Source: Kiritimatiellia bacterium (GTDB taxonomy: Bacteria; Verrucomicrobiota; Kiritimatiellia; JAAZAB01). From it: a stretch of DNA of 64,000 nucleotides. Location: contig JAXGPF010000005.1 in the NCBI GenBank assembly GCA_040767085.1, positions 32,001 through 96,000 of the forward strand. Reading direction: 5' to 3'. Shown here one piece after another: positions 28,947 through 37,118 of this stretch (the stretch's first letter is position 1; every line of letters starts with the position of its first letter). The notes below the pieces were generated by a model. The model had not been told where the DNA came from. It did not search any database and saw only the letters and a list, made by a program, of their open reading frames with translations. Position numbers and translations under genes: made by a program.

Positions 28947-29642
28947 ATGCCAGAATCTGAAGTCATTTTAGATTTCGACCGGGCGCTGCCAGCGCCCCTG
29001 CCGGGGCAGACCCCGATGGAGGAGTTTACCCTGCAACTGCGCGCCGGCGAAATCCTCCTGGTGCGGGTGGAGCCAGGCAACGAACAATTGCCCCTGGCCG
29101 ATGCCGCCCTGGGACTGGCGCCTCCGGCGCGAGGCCGGGTGCTGTTCCTGGGGACCGACTGGCAAGCTGCCGCGCCGGATGCAGCTTTAAGGATGCGCGC
29201 GCGCATCGGACGGGTTTTCGACCGCAGCGGCTGGATCAGCAACCTGGACGTCATCGAAAACATCACCCTGGCCCAGCGCCACCATACCCGGCGGCCCATC
29301 GCCGAGATCGAGGAGGAAGCGCAGCAACTGGCGCGGCAGTTCGGTCTGGCGGGCGTGCCCCCGGGCCGTCCGGCCGGCGTGCCGCACCGGGACTTGCGCC
29401 GGGCGGAATGGGCGCGGGCATGGATGGGCCGGCCGGACCTGGTCTGCCTGGAGCGGCCGGGCCAGGGCGTAGCCAATGAACACATCGCCGGCCTGGCGGC
29501 CGCCGTCCGTCAATTATGCGCGCGCGGTGGAGCGGCGCTCTGGATCGCCGGCGACGCCCGGGAAATCGAGGCGGTCGGCGCGGGAGCAAATATTCGGCGC
29601 CGGGCCATGCGCGGCCCGGCGCTGTCGGAGGAAAACTTATGA
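28947..29642 (+). CDS. MlaF-like ABC nucleotide-binding-fold protein with degenerate motifs
   Basis: NBD scaffold recognisable (LRAGEI, GRVLFLG, RIGRVF, NLDVIENITL, ARAWMGRPDLV) but Walker A/B, signature and H-loop lost; sits between mlaE and mlaD. Confidence 0.75.
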   Translation: MPESEVILDFDRALPAPLPGQTPMEEFTLQLRAGEILLVRVEPGNEQLPLADAALGLAPPARGRVLFLGTDWQAAAPDAALRMRARIGRVFDRSGWISNLDVIENITLAQRHHTRRPIAEIEEEAQQLARQFGLAGVPPGRPAGVPHRDLRRAEWARAWMGRPDLVCLERPGQGVANEHIAGLAAAVRQLCARGGAALWIAGDAREIEAVGAGANIRRRAMRGPALSEENL

Positions 29643-30436
29643 ATACAGCCTTTAAATTCCGGTTTGTCAACGAAATCACCGGCGCCTTCGTCCTGTTGGC
29701 CGTGGCGGCCCTGGCGGCGGGCATTTTTTTCGCCGGCCGGGCGCAAGGCCTGTTTGAGCCGAAATTTCACCTGCACGCGCGGTTTACCACTGACGAAGGC
29801 AGTTTCGGCTTGAAGCGCGGCGCCGAAGTCCGCATCCGCGATACCGCCGCCGGCAGCGTTATCCGGCTGGCGCCGGACGCTGAAGGCAACATCCAGGCCA
29901 CCTTCGAAATCAAGGAGAGTTTCCATGGATTTGTGCGCACCAGTTCCCGCGCCGTGGTCCGCAAGACCCTGGTGGTGGCCGGCGACGCCTACGTGGAAAT
30001 CCTGGTCGGCAGCCGCCAGGATCCGCTGCTGCCGCACAACGCTTTGATCGAATGCGTCAAAGACACGGAAATCATCGGGCAGGCGATGAAACTGCTGGAC
30101 GACCTGCGCGCGCAAACCATCCCGGCGCTGGAAAAACTGAGGGAGTTCCTCGACCAACTCCCCGCCGTTGCCGCGCAAACCACCGGCACGCTCGCCGCCG
30201 CCGAGACGCTTCTGCGCGTGGAAGCGCCGGCTTTAACCAGGCAAACCCGCGCCACGCTCGGCGCCGCCGAAGAACTCCTGCGTCGGGAAGCCCCCGACCT
30301 GGCCCGGCAAACCCAGGACACGCTCCGGGAAACCCAAAAAATTCTCGATGGGTTGCAACGCCACTGGCTCCTGCGCAAGTACATGCCCCCGCCGGAGCAT
30401 GACCTGCTGCTGGCGCCGGAGGGCATCGGCCCATGA
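29639..30436 (+). CDS. MlaD/MCE-domain protein
   Basis: N-terminal TM (GAFVLLAV), GLKRGAEVRIRDTAAGSV MCE motif, helical tail ending HWLLR. Confidence 0.88.
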   Translation: MNTAFKFRFVNEITGAFVLLAVAALAAGIFFAGRAQGLFEPKFHLHARFTTDEGSFGLKRGAEVRIRDTAAGSVIRLAPDAEGNIQATFEIKESFHGFVRTSSRAVVRKTLVVAGDAYVEILVGSRQDPLLPHNALIECVKDTEIIGQAMKLLDDLRAQTIPALEKLREFLDQLPAVAAQTTGTLAAAETLLRVEAPALTRQTRATLGAAEELLRREAPDLARQTQDTLRETQKILDGLQRHWLLRKYMPPPEHDLLLAPEGIGP

Positions 30437-30506
30437 CTGCCGGCGCCGCGGCCGAACCGCGGTTTGAACATTCCGCATTCAGAACAAATCAAACAGCGAG
30501 CCAACT

Positions 30507-31439
30507 ATGAAAAATATCCTCCATAGCATCAGGCTATGCCTGTGCTTGTGCGCCGGCGTCTTGGCCCTGGCCGGTTGCCGTACCCCGCCGCCCCAGCGGC
30601 TGGACCCGGCCATCGAGCGGGAAGCCGCCGCCGGACGCAGCGCCTATGCCGCCGGATCGCTCGACCGCGCCGCCGTCTCTTTCGAGCGCGCCCTGCAGCG
30701 CGCCCGCCTGGTGGATGACAGCGCCGAAATCGCCCGCAACGCTTACAACCTGGCGGCTTGCCTGTCCGCGCTCCAGCGCTGGGATGATGCCGCCCTCCGC
30801 CTGGATGAAGCCGCGGCTGCCGCCGGCCCGCCGGCGCCGGCGGAATTCGTCATGCTGCGGATCAAGATTTTACGCGGCGCCGGCCGGACCAACGACGCCA
30901 TTGCGCACGCTCGCGGCTGGCTGGATGACAGCCGCCGGTCTCCCCGTGCCGCTGAACGCCGGCCGGCCATGCAGGTTTTGCTCGCCGACATGCTGTGCGA
31001 TGCCGGCGACCAGGCGGGCGCCGCGTCGGCGCTGGCGCAGGTTTCGGAACAATCGGCCGCCACCGCCGATCGCCTGACCCATGCCGATTGGCTGCGCACC
31101 CGGGCCCGGATCGCCGCCGCCAAGGGCGACCAAACCGCCGCCGGTCATTTATTCGACCAGGCCGCGGAAACTTGCCGGCAAGCCGCCCGTTATGCGGTCA
31201 TGGCCGCCTGCCTGGCCGACGCCGGCCGCGCTTATGCCGCGCAGGGTGAACGCGCCGCCGCCGCCGACCGCCTGTACCGCGCCGCCCGCAGCCTGCACGA
31301 GCAAGGCGCGCCGGCCCCGGCCCGGGCCCTGTTGGACCAGGCACGTCCTCTGGCCAGCGGCACCGCGCGCCAACTCATTGAAAATCTGGCCGCTGAAATT
31401 GACCAAGCCGATCAGGATGTCCAGAACGTCCAGCCTTAA
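30507..31439 (+). CDS. TPR-like lipoprotein
   Basis: Lipobox LAGC; Ala-rich helical repeats. Confidence 0.72.
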   Translation: MKNILHSIRLCLCLCAGVLALAGCRTPPPQRLDPAIEREAAAGRSAYAAGSLDRAAVSFERALQRARLVDDSAEIARNAYNLAACLSALQRWDDAALRLDEAAAAAGPPAPAEFVMLRIKILRGAGRTNDAIAHARGWLDDSRRSPRAAERRPAMQVLLADMLCDAGDQAGAASALAQVSEQSAATADRLTHADWLRTRARIAAAKGDQTAAGHLFDQAAETCRQAARYAVMAACLADAGRAYAAQGERAAAADRLYRAARSLHEQGAPAPARALLDQARPLASGTARQLIENLAAEIDQADQDVQNVQP

Positions 31440-31477
31440 ATGGCGGGCAGTCCCGGCAAATTCGACCCAGGCCGAGC

Positions 31478-32494
31478 ATGGAAACCATTACCCCGCCAAC
31501 TTCGCCGGCCGTCCCGGCATCCTGCGCCGGCATTCCGGCGGCCGCCGCCTGCCTGAGGGCCGGCGGCCTGGCGGTCTTTCCCACCGAGACGGTTTACGGA
31601 CTGGGCGCCATTTATAACAATCTGCCGGCGCTGGCCCGTATTTTTGAAATCAAAAACCGGCCGCGTTTTGATCCGCTGATCGTGCATATCGCCGACCTGG
31701 CACAGATGGCTGGCCTGGCCGCCGCGATTCCGCCGGCCGCCCTGGCCCTGGCGGAAAAATTCTGGCCCGGCCCCCTGACCCTGGTGCTGCCAAAACGCGA
31801 CTGCGTCCCCGACCTGGCCACCGCCGGCATGCCCAGTGTAGCCCTGCGCATGCCCCGGCATCCGCTGGCGCTGGAACTGATCGAAAGCGCCGGTGCGCCG
31901 CTCGCGGCGCCCAGCGCCAACCGGTTCGGCGGCATCAGCCCGACTACCGCCGCGGCGGCGCGCGCGGAACTGGGGGCGGCCGTGGAGATTTACCTGGACG
32001 GCGGCCCATGCGTTGTGGGATTGGAATCCACCGTGCTTTCCCTGCTGGAACCGGCGCCGGTGCTGCTGCGGCCTGGCGGCATCACCCTGGAAGCCATCGC
32101 CCGTGTGGCCGGCGGGGTGCGCCTGCCCGCCGGCGATGCCGAACGCCGGCGCCTCAGTCCCGGCGGACTTCCGCGCCATTACGCCCCGGCCACCCCGTTG
32201 CGCCTGTGGCAGCCTCCCGACCCGCCGCCGGATGCCGGCCGCGCGGCCTTGCTAACGCCATTGCCAGTGCCGGGAACCGAAGCTTTCGCCCAAGCGGAAA
32301 TCCTGGCGCCGGACGGCGATCTGGCCGCGGCCGCGGCCGATTTATTTGCCGCGCTGCGTCGGCTGGATGCGGCGGGCTGGCCCTGCCTTTACGCGGTCCT
32401 GGCGCCGGAAGAAGGTCTGGGCCGGGCTATCAATGACCGCCTGCGCCGCGCCGCCGCTCCCGGCCGCTCTGCGCCGGCGGATGCGCGCGGCTGA
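31478..32494 (+). CDS. sua5: Threonylcarbamoyl-AMP synthase (Sua5 type)
   Basis: FPTETVYGLG, KNRPRFDPLIVH, WPGPLT, APSAN, GLESTV, HYAP, AINDRLRRAA. Confidence 0.94.
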   Translation: METITPPTSPAVPASCAGIPAAAACLRAGGLAVFPTETVYGLGAIYNNLPALARIFEIKNRPRFDPLIVHIADLAQMAGLAAAIPPAALALAEKFWPGPLTLVLPKRDCVPDLATAGMPSVALRMPRHPLALELIESAGAPLAAPSANRFGGISPTTAAAARAELGAAVEIYLDGGPCVVGLESTVLSLLEPAPVLLRPGGITLEAIARVAGGVRLPAGDAERRRLSPGGLPRHYAPATPLRLWQPPDPPPDAGRAALLTPLPVPGTEAFAQAEILAPDGDLAAAAADLFAALRRLDAAGWPCLYAVLAPEEGLGRAINDRLRRAAAPGRSAPADARG

Positions 32495-32523
32495 TCCGCC
32501 TCCTGGAATCCGCCTCCTGGAAC

Positions 32524-32552
32524 TTGACAACCGGCAGAGGCCGGGTTATGGT
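32524..32552 (+). promoter_or_regulatory. Putative sigma70 promoter (likely leaderless transcript)
   Basis: TTGACA-17 bp-TATGGT ending 8 bp before ATG 32561. Confidence 0.65.
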
Positions 32553-32560
32553 GCCTATAC

Positions 32561-33202
32561 ATGCAAGCAATCGCGGCAGCGCATATCGGCAAATTTGTCC
32601 AGGCCTGCCGGGAGGCAGGCCGCCGCGGCCTGGTGCGCGCCAGCAGCGGCAACCTGTCCCTGCGGATTCCCGGCGGCCGCATGCTGGTCACGGCATCGCG
32701 CAGTTGGCTGGGACGTTTGACCGCAATGGACGTCTCCGTCTGCCGCATCAGCGACGGTGCGCCGCTGGCGGGGTGCCCGCCTTCGGTTGAGTCGGCCTTC
32801 CACGCGGGCATTTTCCAAGCGCGGCCGGATATACATGTTGTGCTGCATTTCCAGACGCCCTGCGCCACCGCGCTGGCCTGCCGGGCGGCGCCGCCGCGAA
32901 ACTACTTTGTCATTCCGGAAATTCCGTTTTACATCGGCCCGGTGGCCGCCGTGCCCTACCTGCCGCCCGGGTCGCCGGCATTAGCTCGTGCGGTCATCGC
33001 GGCCATGCGCGGACACAACCTGGCTATGCTGGCCAATCATGGCCAGGTCACAGCGGCCTGCGATCTGGATCACGCGCTGCAGAATGCCGAGTTTTTCGAG
33101 CTGGCCTGCGAGATCATACTCCGCGGCGGCAAACAAGTCAGGCCGCTGCCCAAAAAGGCGGCGCAGGCGCTGCAAGCGGCCGCCCGCCCGGCCGTCTGCT
33201 AG
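32561..33202 (+). CDS. Class II aldolase/adducin family protein
   Basis: SGNLSLR, PSVESAFH, VLHFQ, LANHG. Confidence 0.88.
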   Translation: MQAIAAAHIGKFVQACREAGRRGLVRASSGNLSLRIPGGRMLVTASRSWLGRLTAMDVSVCRISDGAPLAGCPPSVESAFHAGIFQARPDIHVVLHFQTPCATALACRAAPPRNYFVIPEIPFYIGPVAAVPYLPPGSPALARAVIAAMRGHNLAMLANHGQVTAACDLDHALQNAEFFELACEIILRGGKQVRPLPKKAAQALQAAARPAVC

Positions 33203-33303
33203 AACTAGGGGAAGATTCTCTCACGAAGCCGCAAAGACATCAAGACGGATGAAAACCAAATTTTCACGGGACGCCCCGCAGGCGCCGGCGGTCCGGCCGC
33301 GCT

Positions 33304-36300
33304 TTACTTGCGGCGCCGCCGGCTGGCAACGTCTGGTACAATGACAAAATGTGCGCTGGCATGAGGCGCCAGTTCCAGGCTGAGCCGCAGATATGCGGCG
33401 TTTTTTTCCACTAAATGCCAGGGGCAATCGCACCGGATGCGCGCCGGGGCCAGCCGGGGCAGGCGGATGGTCAGCACCGGCCGGATGGTTTGCGCCGGCG
33501 CGGGGTGGTTGTCTTCCATGACGACGATATTCGCCTGTCCGCGGCGGTCGTAAAAGGCGATCAACTTGCCCGCGGTGGATTCGACTGCCGGCCGGCCCGC
33601 CCAGCGCAGCGCCAGGGCCATGGCCCGGTTCATCAACACGCTCCGGCTTTCCTTGCCGTAGGACACCAGGTTTTTCAAATCCAGCCGCTGAACCATGGTC
33701 GGAGGTATGGTGAAAAAAACCGTCCGGCCCCATCGGGTTTGCCGGCATACCAGGGCGGCCGCCAGTTTCCGGCCGCGTGCATCCAGTCCCGCGATCAGCG
33801 TTGCGGCCGATGCGGCATCGTAGGCCGCCCGGCAATGCGGCGTAGCGCATTCCTCCGCCGCGGCCGGCAAGTCCCGCCAAATGCCGGCGCGGCCGGCGGC
33901 CGCCTGCAGAGCGCGCAGTGGGAGCGGCCGCTCCAGGCGGCGGATGCCGAACAAGTCGGCCAGGCTGCCGGCTTCCTCGAACCCGACCAGGGCCACACCC
34001 CGCGCATGCAGGCGGCGGATCGCCTGCTGGATTGCCATGGAAACGCCGGTCAGCGGCGGCAGCACCAGGGAATGCGCGTCTGCCGGATCGAGTTGCTCGA
34101 TCGCCGCCAAGTCCGCCAGGAACCCGGCCTGCTGGCCATCCAAACGCGCCTGCTCATAGGCGAAGGCCGGCGCTTCCTCGGCCGTATTGACGACATCGTG
34201 GTAGTCCAGGCGCAACTCGAAATCAGGATTGGTGCGGGTGGGCGTAAATGTATCCGGATGCGCCAGGCAGGCGCCGCGGCTGACGGCAAAGGCGGTTGTC
34301 CGCAACGGCCGCGCCGGCGGATGCTTGCGGATCGTTCCCCAGGCGCGGAGCATTTCGCGGTAATGCGCCTGGTTCCAGGCCATGGCCTGAAACCCGTTGT
34401 CCCGCCAAAAATGCCAGCCGGCGGCGTCGAACCAGGCGGCCGCAAAGGCATACTCGAAAAAAGTTTTCCGGAAGAACGGCGGCGGGGTATGCGAGTGGCC
34501 GTAAGGCGGCCTGCCGTACACCGGGCGCAAATCGCTGGCGCAGCCGTTAATGCCATAGACTTCGGGGTAGATTTTCAGGCCCGGCCCTTCCATTTTCAGG
34601 GCGGCAAGCATGAAGACCGCGCGTTGCAGCGGATAGCCGCACATGTAGGGATAATCCTCCAGCAGCATCGGGCCGTCATAAAACCGCTCCAGGCGGCGGC
34701 GCAAGTCGCGGCCGGTGTACCGCGCGAAATACGCGCCCTTGTAAGCGGAACCATAAGGCGGGTAAATGCCGTAAGTCACCCATTCCGCGCCGGCATTGAC
34801 CGCGCGCAAGCGCCGGTGCATGGCCGGCAAATGTTCCTGCAGCATGTACTGGTTGAAAAATTCCACCCACTCCTTCCAATGCCGGGTCAGCAGTTCGCAA
34901 TACATTTCAAAGCTCAATTTCCGGCTGCTCGCGATCGCCGCCGCGTCCAGGCTGGCGGCTGCCTGGTTCCGGCTCCGGCGGTCCGCCGGCGCCGGGCCGG
35001 CCGGCGGATGCCGCCGGAGGAATTTCAGCAATGCGTCCAGCACCACCTGGTCGTAACCGCCGTGCCACAGATCGTGCCGCTGATTCCAGTAAATCCGGTC
35101 GGCATGCGGCAACACGTCCGCATTTTTTTCCGGGTCTTTCTCCGGCGTCATGCGGCGGTGCAGTTCCACTACCCATTTGCGCCGGTAAAGATGGACTACA
35201 TTCCAGATCCGATCGCGCCGCGCCGGCAAAATCTGATGGCAGCAATTGGCCAGGTAATGCGCGGCGTCCACCCCGCGTCCCACCCAGGGATCGAAGGCGC
35301 CGGTTTCCGTGGCGTAGTCCGGGATATTCGGAATCAGGTCCGGCAGCCCGGAAGCCTGCGGAGGCGACGGCGCCGCCGGGTCGGCGGACATCACTTCAAA
35401 CGCGCTGCGGGTTGCAAGGATCCGTTCCTCGCCGCGCCGTAATTCCGCGCGGAGATGATATACCCCGATCCGCAGTCCCGTAAAAATCACCGGCGCGGAG
35501 ATGAAGGTGGCGGCGCCCAGGCGCGCGGCCAGTTGCGCCGATAAATCGTCGCCCGCCGCGGTCAGTTTCACCGGCCGGGCCCGCTGTTTGGGCGCTTGAT
35601 AAGCATCCTCCAAAGTCACCTGGAGCGACAAGTCCGCGGCGCGCCAATCCGGTCGGCGATGGCGCACCCGGCAGGTCAGCCGTACGCGCTCGGAAGTCAG
35701 GAAAAAGTGGTTGTTTTGCGCGAAGGCCAGCGCCGCCGCGCGGCGTTTTTCGGTCCGGGGTATCATGGCGGCGATTTGCTTGTCGGGCGGCGATAGAATT
35801 TCCAGCACGGCCGCGCCGGGATCGAGCGCCGGACCGTTGTAAACCACTTTCCCGGTTTGCGGACACACCAGCATTTCGGCGGGGCCGCCCGCCAGCGCCA
35901 GGCGGTCTTCCGCCTCGTAATATTCATAGCCCAGCGCCAGCCAGGTCCGGTCCGGCAACCCCCGGAACAGCAACTCCCGGCACGCCGGCCCTTCCGCGTC
36001 GCAGGGCCAATCGCCGGACGAGCGCGGATTCCAATGTTCCTTCAAACCCAGGGATCCGGTATGCAGGTAATATTTTTGCGGCGCGTCTTCGCCGCTTTCC
36101 ACCCGCACGTAAGGCCGCGTCAAGCGCGAATTCCCGCGCAACCCGCGGAAGTCGCACACCGACGGCGGACGCTGAGCAGGACCGCCTTCCAGCGCGGCCG
36201 CCAGCTTTGTCCGCCGCGGACTGCGCCAGCCGGCGATGCGGAACCGCCAGGGATCGGTCATCCCGTTCCAATCGGCGGGCAATTCGAAGCAGCGTTCGGG

Positions 36301-36945
36301 CCAGAGCCGCCGCCATGTTTCGCGTTCGCGCGATTGAATCCGCACCTGCCGGATATCCAGCACATAAAACTGAGCTGCATAAGCGCGGTCCAGGCCGATC
36401 AAGCCCGGCCCATCGCATGTGCGCGCCGGGTCGGCAAACCGGGCCGCGCAAATATCCTGGTGGTAAAACGCAAACGAGCAGGCGCCGATTTTCAGTCGCA
36501 GCCGGCAATCCGACGTCGGCGGCGTCGCGGGCGCGCCGGACAGCCGCGGCGCGCGCGCCAGGGTGTCAATATTCCCGTCGCGATAGATGCCAAAGACGGT
36601 TTCCAGCCCCTGGTCGCCGCCCCAGGCGTGTTGAATGCAATAGCCTGCGCGCCGCCGGGGATCATACCGGAAATAAATGCGCAAGGCGCACCGCGCGCTG
36701 TAAACGTCGCTGCGCGCCGTGAACGTCACCTGGGCCGTCCGCGCCGGGGGGGCCGGCGGGAAATGCAGGTTGCCGGCGAACAGGAAGCGCAGGGCGCCGC
36801 CGCGTATTTCCGCCAGGTCATGGAACAGGTCGGCATGCCGTTCCACCGCCCATCCCTGCGGCGCCGTCCCATCCAACTGGGACTGGAAATCATCCTGGTA
36901 AATCAAGTTGTCAGACACCTTTGATTTGCAGAATGGTGTTTGCAT
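33304..36945 (-). CDS. Large hypothetical protein (1213 aa)
   Basis: Long uninterrupted ORF with protein-like composition; no family recognised with confidence. Confidence 0.75.
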   Translation of the reverse strand: MQTPFCKSKVSDNLIYQDDFQSQLDGTAPQGWAVERHADLFHDLAEIRGGALRFLFAGNLHFPPAPPARTAQVTFTARSDVYSARCALRIYFRYDPRRRAGYCIQHAWGGDQGLETVFGIYRDGNIDTLARAPRLSGAPATPPTSDCRLRLKIGACSFAFYHQDICAARFADPARTCDGPGLIGLDRAYAAQFYVLDIRQVRIQSRERETWRRLWPERCFELPADWNGMTDPWRFRIAGWRSPRRTKLAAALEGGPAQRPPSVCDFRGLRGNSRLTRPYVRVESGEDAPQKYYLHTGSLGLKEHWNPRSSGDWPCDAEGPACRELLFRGLPDRTWLALGYEYYEAEDRLALAGGPAEMLVCPQTGKVVYNGPALDPGAAVLEILSPPDKQIAAMIPRTEKRRAAALAFAQNNHFFLTSERVRLTCRVRHRRPDWRAADLSLQVTLEDAYQAPKQRARPVKLTAAGDDLSAQLAARLGAATFISAPVIFTGLRIGVYHLRAELRRGEERILATRSAFEVMSADPAAPSPPQASGLPDLIPNIPDYATETGAFDPWVGRGVDAAHYLANCCHQILPARRDRIWNVVHLYRRKWVVELHRRMTPEKDPEKNADVLPHADRIYWNQRHDLWHGGYDQVVLDALLKFLRRHPPAGPAPADRRSRNQAAASLDAAAIASSRKLSFEMYCELLTRHWKEWVEFFNQYMLQEHLPAMHRRLRAVNAGAEWVTYGIYPPYGSAYKGAYFARYTGRDLRRRLERFYDGPMLLEDYPYMCGYPLQRAVFMLAALKMEGPGLKIYPEVYGINGCASDLRPVYGRPPYGHSHTPPPFFRKTFFEYAFAAAWFDAAGWHFWRDNGFQAMAWNQAHYREMLRAWGTIRKHPPARPLRTTAFAVSRGACLAHPDTFTPTRTNPDFELRLDYHDVVNTAEEAPAFAYEQARLDGQQAGFLADLAAIEQLDPADAHSLVLPPLTGVSMAIQQAIRRLHARGVALVGFEEAGSLADLFGIRRLERPLPLRALQAAAGRAGIWRDLPAAAEECATPHCRAAYDAASAATLIAGLDARGRKLAAALVCRQTRWGRTVFFTIPPTMVQRLDLKNLVSYGKESRSVLMNRAMALALRWAGRPAVESTAGKLIAFYDRRGQANIVVMEDNHPAPAQTIRPVLTIRLPRLAPARIRCDCPWHLVEKNAAYLRLSLELAPHASAHFVIVPDVASRRRRK

Positions 36946-36986
36946 GAGTAATTCTTTGGAGCCTTAAACTACGGCAACTGCCAAAA

Positions 36987-37010
36987 AAGACAAGCAAATT
37001 TGCTTGTCTT
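36987..37010. promoter_or_regulatory. Perfect 24-bp palindrome containing back-to-back -35 boxes
   Basis: AAGACAAGCAAA|TTTGCTTGTCTT between divergent genes. Confidence 0.6.
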
Positions 37011-37118
37011 CCTTAACGGCGCGCAGTTAATATGCAGCTTATAAATTTTTTCGAGATCGGATCCGGCCGTCAGATTGACGCCGGCGCCGGCTCCCGGATC
37101 GTTTTTTTTACATAATAT

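Noticed and set aside
33415-35442. 675-aa plus-strand ORF and many similar long overlapping ORFs (e.g. 6007-7035, 37836-39479, 52624-54099)
   Set aside because: Antisense or alternate-frame shadows typical of high-GC DNA, overlapping better supported genes
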